Origin: Chrysomallon squamiferum
Lineage: Eukaryota > Animalia > Mollusca
Direction: 5' to 3'
Assembly (NCBI GenBank): GCA_012295275.1
Contig: CM022670.1
Coordinates: forward strand, 13,454,001 to 13,518,000
DNA length: 64,000 nt
The translations under genes were made by a program, and so were the position numbers. Numbering within the stretch: the stretch's first letter is position 1; each line of letters begins with the position of its first letter. This document shows, in pieces, positions 12,832 through 27,600 of this stretch. A model generated the notes under the pieces. It was not told the DNA's origin, did no database searches, and saw only the letters and a list, made by a program, of their open reading frames with translations.

Positions 12832-13939
12832 TTGCGCTTTCGTGTTTGTTAACTGTGCCTATTTATTATGTATGTATTTCGTCGTTTGGCTCTGCACATC
12901 TTTTAATTAATCAAGCATTCATTTGTCATTCACCTGCTCTTCGTTTTTTCTAACCGGCACGACTCTATTATAAATATATAAGACCAACAAATAAATACAG
13001 AAAATAAAAAATACGACATCGCTGTTAAGTTGCACTAATGAATGAATGAATGAATGAATTGATTAATTAATTAATAGCATATGAAAAAGAAATTGATTTA
13101 ACACACATCTTCCCCACCAGTTTCATTCCTTCACGCCCCTCGGCTTATTATACACGTTTTCCCCATTTTCCCTCCCCAACAACACCCTTATTCACATTCA
13201 GCTCTTTTCAGACTGATATCTTTATTTACCTATCATCTGTGTCCACAACATGTCAAGATATCCACTTATTAAAAGATAACTTCAAGAAAACAGAAAACAT
13301 TCTTGATGGGTTTAACTGAACAAGAACCGTTATTTACCATACACTCGTGTGCGTAGGTTTCACCTGTACACTGTGGTGTTCATTCTTCCAGAAATGTTCA
13401 TTTACGAGTATGCAAACTGTACATTGCAAAAAATCACTAACGTTACCAAATCCTTTTATATACATGCAGGCATTGATAATATTCATTAGCATACCCACAT
13501 ATAATGTACACATAAGACATACAAACACGAGACCTACATATAGTCTGATAGCACTTTTTAAAAGCAAAACAAAGTGTCATGCTGTAGAATATGACCTAAT
13601 AACCTAAATACATATGAAGTCTTTCTTACAAGATATAAAAACAGACGATAGGCTGTTTCACCGGTTCGGAAAATTTTATGTTCATTCATTGTTGATGGTT
13701 TTTTGTGTGTTTTTTTGTTAGCTGAATGAAAGTGAACACTAACTTAAGTTAAAAAGTATAACACTGAGAAACCTCTAACAGAGTAGACGTATCTGATCAA
13801 GATTAATAACTGGCAAATATAAAGTGCTGAAAAATTAATTTTTGATTCTTGGAGATCATATATTTAAAAAAAAAAGGATTATTGATAATCTTTGCTTAAG
13901 TCTGAAATTTGTCTTATTTGTAAAGAAGTTGTGGAAAAA

Positions 13940-15248
13940 ATGGTGGAAACTTTAGAATCAGGAGATTATGTTATGATAGCTCTTTACTTCGTTTTGGTGT
14001 TAGCAGTGGGATTATGGGTAAGTGTAAACAAATTTAGATTTTAAACATTTCTTAACAGATCGATAAGTAATAAAAATGGAGAAAAGTTTGCTATATTTCT
14101 AGTTCTGCTATTTACTTGCAAAGGATTTCTGAATTTTATATCACTATTACACAAAACATTTATGTTTACTACCTAATTTATATTAAAATACAACTACGAT
14201 ATTGATCAAAAGATTCATTAATTAAATAGTTCCTACTATTTTTCCTACCAATATCATTACAGCTAAACCTATGGTTGTGTAACATGTCCAGTGAACAGAG
14301 ACCATCGAAATTAAAATTTTGTAGAACATGAATACTAACAAACTAAGACACTAACCTAGTCAAGAACGGACAGTCTTCGATACTGAACTGGATATCGTAA
14401 ACATATGTTTACACATTAACATTTCTCCCAGTGCAATCATAGGTTGCAATTTTTAAAATTGTATTTCGTTTTTTTCTAAAATCGAAATTACAAATAGGCA
14501 TAAACATCTTTATTTTCATTTTCAGTCGACATTTCGACCAAATCGAGATAGCGCTACAGGTTACTTTCTGGCAGGAAAAAACATGCACTGGATCCCCGTA
14601 TGTATTTAACCATTACATTTTTCTTCTTCTTCCAAATAACAAAATATCTGCGAGTAATAATACTAAATCAACATTATAATATTTACTACAGAAAAGATAG
14701 TAGGTCAAGGATTAACTGTTTTAAAAAAAAAAAGAAAAAAAAAGAGAGATAACAGGGTTAACCGTGTTAGGAAAGGTTTTCTCTTCATGTTATTGATCAC
14801 GTTCTGATGATATTTTATCGTTGTTAAATGAAATAATACGTACTTGGACTTCAAACAACTCTCTCTCTCTCTCAACCTGTATCTGCACTTTAATCTGTTC
14901 TAGGTAGGCGCTTCTATTTTTGCCAGCAACGTCGGAGCGCCTATGTTCATTGGATTGGCCGGCCAGGCAGCTGCTTCCGGTTTTGCTGTCGCGGTTTACG
15001 AGTGGCATGTACGTCTTTTGTACTCTTTATACATAAACATATGTGCAACGACATACTAAATCCACATAATACATGCATCTATGAAAATTCATAAATAATT
15101 ATAATTATATTAAAAACAGAACAAAATTTAATATTTTAACAGAACGAATAAATAAATGATTTGTTTTTAAACTGAATATTAGGAAACATCACTGTAATGA
15201 TTACAATAATAATAATAGCTGCTGTAAGTACTACCTTAACTCTACTGA

Positions 15249-15282
<34 letters not shown>

Positions 15283-15658
15283 CTTTTATTTCAGGCTGTT
15301 TATCTATTAATTGCGTTAGGATGGATTTTTGTACCAGTATACGTTGCATCCGGGGTAAAATACGATATTTATTTGATCTATTTTACACATTATATTAGCA
15401 AACAGTTATTTGGATAAATAATAACTAAAGTTGTTATTCTAGTTATATAACGTAAATACATTATTCCTACATTGTGATGTAATTGTTTTGTTTTTATCCG
15501 TAGATGTCATTAATTTTATTTTGGTAACGTAATAATTTAATTCATGTTTGTTGTAAATTATGTCATTGAGTTACAAATTGCAATATATTTCAGTTTTATG
15601 CAATATACCTTCATCTTTATCACCATCACCAGCGTCATCACTATCGCGACAACTACAA

Positions 15659-15702
<44 letters not shown>

Positions 15703-16112
15703 TACTACAACAACAATAAGAACAATAACAGGGCTATGGTGATTATTAAGAGAAAAAATGATGTTGATGACAACAGACAATGATAGTAATGAGTATGTTC
15801 ATATACCTAGATTGTTATACGTTTCTTTCTTCTTTTTTCTTCTATTCTTCTTCTTCTTCTTCTTCTTCTTCTTCTTCTTCTTCTTCTTCTTCTTCTTCTT
15901 CTTGTTCTTCTACTATTTTTTCACAGGCGATGACTATGCCAGAATATTTAAAGAAAAGATTTGGTGGCAAAAGATTACGAGTTTATTTGTCATGTTTGGC
16001 TCTTCTCAAATATATGTTAACCAATGTATCTGTGAGTACTCTGTTAGCACCATAATATATTATAATAATTATTACTTATTTTACTCCTTCCAATATATAT
16101 ATAGTCGTCAAT

Positions 16113-16145
<33 letters not shown>

Positions 16146-19100
16146 CATACATACATACATACATTCATACACACATACACACATACATACATATATACAC
16201 ACACACATTTAATTGAATCTATGTTTAATCATCTACACGCTTTATTAATTGCCAATATATTTATTAAATTTTTATTTTTTTATTATTTTATTACCCTTGC
16301 ATTGTTTCGTAAATTTTTTATTTCGAAGAAGAGTAAGACATAAATAATGTTCTGTACTCATTTTAAAAATAAATAAATACCCCTCCCTCCAAATAAATCG
16401 AGTTCAAGTAAACCCAGTAACTGTTTTCAAATTCCAAACTGTAATTCGTATAACAAAACTAGACGTTTTTCTATGTCACCCAGGGTTACTAGTAAAGACA
16501 ACTCTAGATCTCTTTCACATTATTATTTCCAAAACACCGTCAGAAAATCATGTTTTTCCTTATTTATATATTTATTTATTTTGTTTATTAATTTTTGAAT
16601 TTAATTTAATTTAATTTAATTTAATTTTTTTATTTTATTTTATTTTATTTTATTTTATTTTACTTTACACTTATTTTTCTTTTCTTTTTATTTTTATTTA
16701 AATGCCAGGGTGAGATTTTCTCTGGTGCCATCTTTTTACAACAGATTCTGGGCTGGAACCTCTATCTGTGTGTTGTTGTCATTCTCGCGATTACAGCTCT
16801 GTACACAGTGGCAGGTAGGAACGGGATAGTATTATGGATACAGCTTTATTCATTCATTCATTCCTTTGAAACTAAATAGTTAGACAAATAAGTGAGTGAC
16901 ATTCACGGTGACATTCACGGTGACATTCACGGTTAGAAAAACAAATATACAGAGAGAGAATATACAAATGTCAGAGAGAGAAGTAAATATATAAAAATTT
17001 AGAGAGACATATGGAAGGAGGGTATAATAATCAAAAATTACATCAGAGATATTCATCGGTGCACACTAAGGGAGATTGCCAATAAATTATCTCATATAAT
17101 ACCATATAATTATTATAAGAAATCTCAGTTTTATGTATATATAATAAGTATTATATTTAAAATATATTTTAGGCGGTTTGGCAGCTGTCATTTACACAGA
17201 CACTCTTCAAACAGCAATCCTGCTGATTGGATCCTTCATTTTAATGATCATAAGTAAGTTCAGATTACTACACACGTATAGATTACTATACCTTAGTGGA
17301 ACTTGTGCCAGTAACTGGAGCTTTCTTCCTCAAAGCAGTCGGTAAGGAATATTAAATGTACTGTAGTGGGGAAGCTACTGTAGAAGCTACTGAAAAAAGA
17401 AAAAAAAAAAAGAGGAAAGATCCCTTTGTATGTAACAGCTGTTCGTTATTTGACTTCTAGATTTCCAGTTTATTAACTTTAGTACGTTTATGTTTTATTA
17501 AACAGAATATATGTGTATTTATCAGATTGCTAACACAACATTGCACACGTGCGTTTAGACACATTTCATGATGTATTATTATACATTTGCATGTAAAATG
17601 TTAATCATAAATGATTCATGATGCTACTGTAGTACACTAATTAGAACGTTGATTCAGAACATCAAGGTTTAAGTGTTTATTATAATCGCTGCCAGTTAAT
17701 AATGGTTCATATCAAAATATTATGCGATGTTGTTTAGCACTTGTATAGATTAGAAAGTCCCAAGCTTAAATAATCACGATTACTTTAAATTAAAAAATAT
17801 TTCACTGAAACACTATTAAAGGACTGTTTAACCTGTTTAAGGACTTACAAAGAAGATAATCTGTGACAGCAATACGATGAACTTCCCGTTTTCGGTTAGT
17901 AGCAAAGAATCTGTTTATATCTTCATACCCATAGATAGTTTAAAAACCAATTGGATAATAAGATCCGGACTGGTTTAATCGTGCAACCCATAATGTTTAC
18001 AATGCAGAGCTGTAGGACGCTAGACTCAAAGAAGGCATTTTTGTTACCTTCAGTCATTAACATCTGTTTAGTATTACCTTTCAGCAGAACATATTAAAAG
18101 AAAAAAAGAGTTAAATTTCTCTAATAATTTTGTTGATATTGAGCTATAACTATGAGATAATTCGGTGTCGGAAAAGATTTCTGCTGTGTCTGCTAGAATC
18201 TAAAGTACTCATAAACGTGTGTGAGAGTCATGGAATGTTAAATGAAATAACAGACTTTACTGAAGGCATTTCGTCTTGTTTTATAATAATACATTTTGTG
18301 ATACCCAAATAGGCAAGCAGGCACAGAAATACATTTTTACAGCATACATACTATATGTGTAATTACGTACGTACATACATATATATATACTGACGTACAT
18401 ATGTATGTAGGTACGTATTTATGTATGTGTGTGTATGTAAGTATGTATATATTTTATTATTTATAATCATGAGTACAATTACTATCGATTTCTTTTGCAA
18501 GGTTTTGTCGATGTGGGCGGCTGGGAACAAATGATGAGAAAGTATTCAGTATCAGCTGCAAACTACACCCTGGCTAACCCACAAAACTACACGTGCGGTT
18601 TGCCCAGAGATGACTACATGCATATCTTCAGAGATCCAATCAGCGGTGATATTCCATGGCCAGGAGCAGTATTCGGGGCGACAACTCTTGGAATTTTAGT
18701 TTGGTGTGCAGATCAGGTATGACTGACTACAACGGTATTATACTCAAAAGTATTATCATCAAAGCACATCAGTCGTAATGGAAGCTGCATCATACTTCGA
18801 TATCACTTCAAAATCATCACATTATAACCATCATTTATTTGTTTGTTTGTTTATTGTTGTTGTTTAGATTATGGTACAGCGCTGTCTGGCTGCTAAAAAT
18901 ATAAGTCATGCGAAAAGTGGAGCTGCTCTCGCCGCTTTTCTAAAAATTCTTCCTTTCTTTCTGTTCATGATTCCCGGGATGATCAGTCGAGTTCTTTTTC
19001 CCGGTTAGTATCATCTGTTGCATTACGCTAATGATCAGCTCTTAATCACCGCAATATGCATATTATCTATCGTTTTCTTAAAACCGTCTGTTTCTGTCTC

Positions 19101-21372
19101 TCTGTCTCTCTCTTTCTCACTCAGTCTCTCTTTTTCTTCTCTTTCTTCCTCAATATCACGTTGTATCTCACAAAATATCTGTCTTTCTGTCTGTCTGTCT
19201 GTCTCTCCCTTTCTTTTTCTGTCACCCTCAATCATAACCGCACATTTGCAGTATATTTGTTTTGTTACATTTTCGAAAATACTACTAATTTCCTGCATAA
19301 AATGTTATTACTTTAATTTTCTTTTCTTTTTAAACTCTGGAAGATGATATCGCATGCGCTGATCCAGACATTTGCGAGGCGGTGTGTGGTAACAGGGCTG
19401 GATGTACTAACGTAGCTTACCCACTACTGGTATTGAGGAAAATGCCTGCTGGTAAAATTTTAGCATTTTTCTGGAGCGTTTTATAATACGTACCCATTAG
19501 GTTCCAAACAGCAAGTTCAAATACACGTTTATAATTACAAAAAAGACCATTGAGTACTATTGCCTGTACAATTATCATAACCAGATTAAACTGCTTCTCA
19601 TTGTTGTAATTCGTTTCATTATTCCTATTAATCCTGATCATCTCTGTATACAGGTATTATTTTCAAATATTTATTTATAACTTACAGGATTAAAAGGATT
19701 GATGTTGGCAGCCCTCCTTGCTGCCTTGATGAGCACTTTGACCTCAATTTTCAACAGCGCAAGCAGTATGTTCACGATGGATCTATGGCGGCGCTTCCGG
19801 CGACACGCTAAACAGTCAGAACTGATGCTTGTTGGACGAGTTTGTGTCTTGGTTCTGATTGGGATCAGTATTTTGTGGATTCCAATTCTCCAACAAGCTC
19901 AGAGTGGTCAGCTGTGGAGCTACGTCCAAGCCGTGGCTTCGTACACGTCGCCGCCGTGGTGCTGGGTGTTTCTTTTGGCTCTGTTCTGGAAGAGGACTAC
20001 CGAAGCGGTGAGTGTTCGGCTATTAGCAACTGCGTAGCGGGATTTAGTTAGTGGTGACAGGATCTGACCTCCTAATGCGTTTGGCTACTTACTGTAGTAG
20101 TTAGTATTCAAAGTTAATTTATGAAACACTCAAAGAAGGTACTTAACTAACAATGATCTGAGACAGAGGTTTTTTTTTTTTTTTTTTTTTATGTCATATC
20201 GTTATTATAAAATAAAACATGTTAATCCATTCATTTTCTTTAAGTCCGTTAAGTCAAAAGAAAAAAATTAAATGAAATTTTTAAAAAGTATTTTATCTGT
20301 AAGAAGAAGAACAACAATAACAACAGCAACAGCAACAGTAACAACAATAATATATGTGTATGCAAAAGAAAGCTGTTTTTTCTTTACAACAGGGGGCGTT
20401 CTGGGGACTGATGATAAGTCTGGTCGTAGGTTTGTCATGGATGGTTATGGACATGGCTTTCCCAGCACCACCTTGCGGCAGCAATGAACCAGACACTCGC
20501 CCAGTCATACTGGCAAAAGTTCACTTTCTGCACTTCGCTCTGATTCTGTCGGCAGTCACCATCATCTCAACTGTCGTCATTTCTCTCATGACGACTCCAC
20601 AGCCGCCAGAGAAAGTAAGAAACATGTCGAAACTTCTAACTGATCCAATATGTAAGCCTAGGGACATGACAGATTCATTTTAAAAGTTAGTTATAAGGAT
20701 AGTTTTAGATGCAGTAGAATAATCCATCATAATATATGTATTGATAATTATCTCATTATTTTGGATTGCACTAATAGCCCTATATAGCTTAATAGTAATG
20801 TGGAGAAAATAGACGAACAGGGTCAGGACTGTCATATTTATTTAACAAATTATTAAATGTAAATTGAACATTGTGAAACAGGCAGATTTATTATCTGTTT
20901 GTAAATCTAAAGTCTTTAATATAGCACAGCATTATGGAAGATTTTTATCTTGTTATATTAACTGTTTACTTGTATACTATATCTGTTAATTTTTGCCCAC
21001 TGTTTAAATTATCAGTCACCTGCAAAATTATCTAAGATCCCACTTCAGAATTCTAGGAATCCTGGATCACCCTGATTGATGTATGAAAACATTAAATTTC
21101 AGCTTAATCGGGTAACATGGTGGACACGGAAAAGTGAAAATGATCTCTTAGAGTCTGATTCTGAAGACGATTTCGCTGTAGGAGACGATGAAGATGATGA
21201 GGATGATAAAAATATCGTTAAACGTAAGTAATTTTTTTTTCGTCGGTTTATGAGAACATACTATTTTATAACGAAGTAGAATTTATTTCAGTGGTATTTC
21301 AGTAAATAATAATAATAACAGCAGCAACAACAATTCAACAACAACAATAATAATAATAATTATTATTATTAC

Positions 21373-21412
<40 letters not shown>

Positions 21413-21643
21413 TTTATTATTTTTATTATTAAAGATAAAAAGCCTAGTCCAGGAAAAAGACTTTACAATTGGTTGTGTGGAATAGATGACAAGCCGAAGC
21501 CTAAAATAACTCCGGAAGAGAAAGAACTTATCAAACGGAAGATGACGTCATTGGCAGAAGATCCCAAACTGAGACGATATGCCAATGTATTTGCCATGAC
21601 GGCTGTCGTTGTGGTTACGTTCCTTTTGGGATTTTTCCACTGA
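13940..21643 (+). CDS. SLC5 sodium:solute symporter, SGLT-like (645 aa, 14 coding exons)
   Basis: Exons 13940-14017, 14526-14597, 14904-15008, 15295-15354, 15927-16031, 16709-16814, 17173-17253, 18502-18716, 18868-19003, 19344-19451, 19688-20007, 20393-20614, 21103-21223, 21435-21643; 1938 nt, in phase. Motifs [81 protein letters not shown]. Confidence 0.95.
15845..15910 (+). repeat. (TTC)n microsatellite forming the pyrimidine tract before the SLC5 exon at 15927
   Basis: Read directly from the sequence. Confidence 0.95.
16896..16931 (+). repeat. Three perfect 12-bp tandem repeats in an SLC5 intron
   Basis: GTGACATTCACG occurs three times in tandem. Confidence 0.95.
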
Positions 21644-24600
21644 ATTAACCTTTTCACTGCGGACTGAAAAAAAAAAAAGCGTTACTAACAAAAATGCCTT
21701 TGAGATATTAACCTGAACAATTTATATATAGTTAATATATATTTGAATATATCCCATTGTCACCCTATGTATAACGATGTCTTGACAACCTAAAACATTA
21801 CCGAAAAACACACGTACTATATATGGTGTCATTTCCGAATATCTCAGAGAATCTTTTCTGAAGTTGTGACTTGAAATCTGTTGATAAACCGACAGCTTTC
21901 AAGTCAGGATTTCTGATTATCGTTCTCAAAATGGCTAAGTTGAATCAACTATATTCATGTTACTGATGACTATTTGATTTTCGCCGTCATATGTATTTTA
22001 AAAGCCCTCCTGCTTGGTTGGCTAGACAAATATTGAATTCTACCGGAAACAGCCATTGATATAATTTGTATCTGAATTAAAATGCTTAATCATTAATTAA
22101 ATGATGTACTTACAAATTTATATTACAGACACTGCAGTAAGTTGATTTCATGCAGTGTGTAATTTGAAAATGCTACCAGTTTCAGTCCTTAATTTTTTGT
22201 TCATACTTCTTCAAAGATGTCGTATCCTTTGTTTGTTTGGTTGTTTTGGTTTTTTTTTTTTTTGAGATGTCACAAATGCATAGGCAAGGACTGAAAACAA
22301 CTTTTTATACTTATTCACAGGTTGCTACTTTATTATGAAATCTTTCAGCTTACATCTATCACTTGTTAGCAGAGGTTTTACTCAGTACTGTAATATTTTT
22401 AACAAAGGTTTGCTTCAAAAACAAAACACTTTGATTATAACCCATACATAATATATTTAGGTTATTTTGTAAAGCAGTTTAAATATACTCAAATAAATGA
22501 TATTTAAAAATTAAGATCTAGTTTTGTATCAAAATTATTTTAAAGATTAATAATAATGAAAATTATATGGTTCCTTCGACAAATGTTGACGATACAGATT
22601 TACTTCATTCATTATTATTATTTTTGTTGTTGTTATTGTTTCTTTTGTTATTAATTCCATTTTAAAATATTCTTAAAATTTAGTTTCTGCCTGAATTAAT
22701 CTCTTACAGTTCTGCACCAGTCAAACTGGACCACTAAAGAAGTACAGAATATTTCAAGTTTGATTTTTTTAAGGCATTTATTATATTGAAATATTATTTT
22801 GTACAGACACCAGATCATGAATGACAAGAACTAACAATAAACACTCACTACACTAAAACAACATATCCTAAATACTGTTTTAAATAATCATAATTGTAAT
22901 AATGATATTAATGGAAAATGCAATGAAGATGATTGTAACAGTAATAATAATTATTAACTAACATCCTCAGTACAATGGCTGTCTTGTAACATAATCTGCT
23001 TACATGGAGACAGGTGGACCTAAATTTTAAAAATGGCCTGTTTAAATATTAATCTAGAAGACAAATTTTAACATCAAAAACAAAATTAATTGGAGAAAAA
23101 GAAGCATAGATATAAACAAAACTCACAACAGTAAAAAAAACCACTAAAACTATTTTAAACTGTGTTAGAGCTGAAAAGAAAACAGAAATGTACTAGCCAG
23201 ATTTTTACTTTAAAATTCAAACTGGTACTCTTCAACATCTTGACTTTTTCAAAATTTGGAAAGATTTAGGAGGTTCATAATATAATAGTATTCTAATTTT
23301 TCTGAAATTATTTTTATTATTATTATTATGCAAAAGCTTGATGTCTCTGCAAGTAGGCCTACATTTTGTACTATATGTGTTACAATATTTAATTATTAAA
23401 ATAATCACTTGGAAGTAAAATTACCTGGCTGTGGGATGTAAACCTTGAGCCACGCAGTACATACAATATTTGCATAATTTGAAATGAAACAGTCTGTACA
23501 GAATATGGCTCTGGCTCATCAAAATTATATTATAATGTATATGGTTTTAATCTTTTGAGATAAAATTTTGATAATCTTCCTTATTTCTTCATTGCTTAAT
23601 TGATCTGATACAGTTGCTAACAGCATGGTAAATAGTTAAAACAACATCAACTGGTGTTTGGAGATGGACTTAGAAATGAATGAATATAATATAATGAACA
23701 GATAAGCAAAAGTAACAAGAGTCAGTTTGAAACTAAATAATAATAATAATAATAATAAAAATAAATAAATAAAAAGGCCAGATAGAGATTTTATTTCAGT
23801 TATATATTACAAAAATTTCCTAGCAAAAACAACACTGACAAGTTTAGGAAGCAGAGTGGAAAAAAACACCAAAAGAATTGAAAACAGTTAATTAACAGAA
23901 CATAAAATTCAAATATAAATAAGGGGGGAAAAAAAGAAGAAGGGGACAGAAAAGAAAAGAAAAAGAACAATCTGAAGAAAGAATTAATAAATTACATTTT
24001 ATTAACCATGAAATTCAAATATAAGAGAGAAAAAACAGGACTTGGAAGAAATTCAAAGTTATGAAAGAAAATAAGGATCAAATATCAGTTTATGAATCTT
24101 TAGCATTTTAAAACTTAAGCAATACAAACCCAAACAAAAACATATTTTAAACCGTAACAATAAAAAGAGTTTTTGATTTTTATACTACTAATAATAATGA
24201 TAAGAATAAAATACTTTATAAATATAATAATAATGCATTTATTTTTTTTAAGATGGGATAGAAATGATTCTATTTTTTTGGATGATAGTAACAAACCTAG
24301 GAAAGAAAGAAAAAGAAAAAAACAACACTGAAAAATTATTTAGTAATGTAAAAGCAACAGAAAGGAATATTTTTGACCAAGACAAACATAATCAGTGAGG
24401 TCTATAGGTGAAATACGACATTAAATGTTTATATACACATACCTACATATAATACATTTATATACATTTGTTAATATATAACACATTTCAGAATCTTTTA
24501 AAACCATAATTTGATTTTATTAGAAAGGAATTTATTTATATAAAACATTTTATTTGTTGTGAAACCTTTCTCAAAAGGCCTCTAGATATCTACAGTGGTG

Positions 24601-27600
24601 TTCTGTCAGGTGATCTGCATGCTGGGTAAATATAATTATACAGAATGTACTCGTTATACAGATACGCTGTTTTTAAGCACAGATCATAGTTGTTTTTACA
24701 AGAATTTAATTGAAAGAAAAAAGGTGAAGAGAATTTAAATACAAAAAATAAATTAAACAAAAACAATAAACAAATTAATTATTTAAAAATAACAATAATA
24801 AAAAAAAATACATTAAAGACAAATTATCTGCAATTAGGAATTACTATTTATTATACATTCTTGTTTGTTCTAGTTAATGCACATACATTTTTTGATAAAT
24901 TTTAATTCCATGTCTTTAAGAGTCTACCACAGAAAAAAAAAAAAAAAAACCCACAAATAATCATGGGTATTTTAGTCAACAGAGATTTTGAACATAATGA
25001 TATAATAATGTTAGTCTTTTAATAATTTTACTCGCAAAAATTCGGTGGGGGAGGAAAGCTATAACCAATATAACATGTTGTAATAATATAATTTAGAGAT
25101 CACATTAAAATATTTGAAGAGCTATTCAGTACACTAACCTGAGATAAAAACAGATTGTTACTTGTAAGTGCATGTTTCACAGTGGTTAGCCAGCCTTCAC
25201 AAGAACAAAATCAAGTAAGAAATAAAAACAAAGTATAAAAAGGTTTGATAATTGTGGTCAGTTTATCACTATTAGTAAAAATATTTCATTCAAGACAAGT
25301 TTTGCTGAAGAAATAGTTGGCATTATTTTTGTTATAAACCATACTAATTATGTCTCATCTTTCCATGAATTTTCTTACTATTAATTATAATTATTAAAAT
25401 AATTCTTTGTCCTGACAGCCTCCCCTATAAAATACATTACTGGTGAAACCTATATAAACATACATTAATGTGACATATTATGTTCTGTTTGTGAAGAAAT
25501 ACACTGCACTCTGAAGAGATAAAAGAGAGACTGGACCTTTTTAATTATTTAAAATAAGTCTAAACTTGAAAGAGTATTTTAAAAAGAACACAACACAATT
25601 TAGTATAGATTTTTAAATTATTACTATTATTATTAATAAATTATAGTACTTAGATTTAAAGAAATAAAAGATGATGTTTCATTGTATTGTTTCATAATTT
25701 AAAAAAAAATAAATACAAAATTATATTTATATAGATACTAAATGTTATCACTTTTATAAATTAACTGTTACAAGTTAATTTATTTTGAAAATTTATAAAT
25801 TCAAAATTATCAGCATTATGTATAACAGCATTTTATATGATACTGATCTGAATCAATTTTATATTATACATTCTCAGTTATTTTGATTATATACGAACTG
25901 GTGTAACTTACATGAACAACTTTAAGAAATATATACACCAATTGTTTAAAAATATATATACAGATTAAAAATGTGCATACATGTATACTTGTCTGATGTG
26001 CAACCATTTATCATCCATGTACAATATGACACAATACTAGAGTTTATACAGTTTCCAAATAACAATAAATTACATTATGTAATACTGACTACTAAGCATT
26101 ATATACACTGGTGTGCCAATACAAGTAAAAAGAAAACTTAAAGCAAGCTCAGAATACATACATATAATGAAAAGCTGTCTTTCTCATTTCATTTTTGTTT
26201 ATAATTTCAACTAGTTTTGCATAAATTCTCTAGTTAACTAAAAATTAATTTATTCCATTGAGAACATGTCCAAATTTATTTCAATGTTAATAGAAATTTA
26301 AAAAAACAGGCAATTATACTGTTTATTTATTTGTTATTGTTATTGTAGACTTGTACATTGCAGTTATTTATTAGACAAACTCAAAAACTTTAATTTACAT
26401 TTAACTTTTATTGTTCACCTGTATTATTCATATTTATATTTATTGATATTCAACTGACATTCATGCATCTCAAAATGGATTTTCTTTAATTAGGTGATTT
26501 CACTGTCTGGTATGAAATCATTTATTAAAGCAGTAGTATTTTTAGCCAACCATGCTGCATTGTCAACAGATCCATAATGTACTGTTTATTTTGCACTAAC
26601 AGAAAAATATGTATGTATATGCATTTTCTGTTAAGTTATAAAATTTAATAAGCTGATTATGCAAAAGTCTGACTAACTGATGTCAGGATCCTCTTCCTTT
26701 GCCTCTCTGGATCTCTCTGCAATGCAGCACTTTTGGATGTTAGTTTGAATGTACACCTATAAATATTAACATTATACTTTTTTCACCCAATTATTCAGTC
26801 TGGTTATTGTATTTGTTAGTGATTTCAGCATTAAGTATTTTACCTGAATTGAAAATGATTAATTTGGGACTTCATATAGTAATAAAAGAAAAAGAAAAAA
26901 CAAAGAAATGTACACATTTCTAATAAAAATTAATGAAATGTAAAATATTACAAAACAAAGAAAAAGAAAACCTTTTTATTATCAGTGAATTTAATGGTTA
27001 CCAAATCAGATTCTAATCAATCAGTTCCTTAAAAATCAAGTTTTTTAATTCCATTCTTTTTTTTTAATACTAATTACATATATATAAATGATTAAAAACT
27101 TAGATAGAATTATTAAAAAGCAAAGAAATAAAATCAAATAGGAATTTCATCAGTCATTTCCTGAGTAATTAATTTTCAAATCAGATTCTGCGAAGTATGT
27201 TTATCTTCATCATGTGCATTTCCAATGTGTACATCTCTCAGGTACATACATGTGAAACGTGTACAATCAGTAAATACAAGCCATACAGGTGTACAGTTGT
27301 ATGTACTTATATACAAAAACCATTCAGGTGTGTTCTTATCAGAAACAAAGGTAAGTTAAGTGTACACCTGTCAGACACAAAATTATACATCAAGTTTCTA
27401 CACTGACCAGAAATAAACATCATCTTACACAAACTGGAAACACAACGGGCAAATACTGCACAATCTTTGAACAACAATTCCATATTATGACAATTACAAT
27501 AACAGCCTAATCTGTACCACAGACCTCCCATTTTGTGTGGTCACTTCACAAGTCCTGCTCAGTGGGCACTGAGGTAATGAAGTGATCAGTTTGAAAAACC

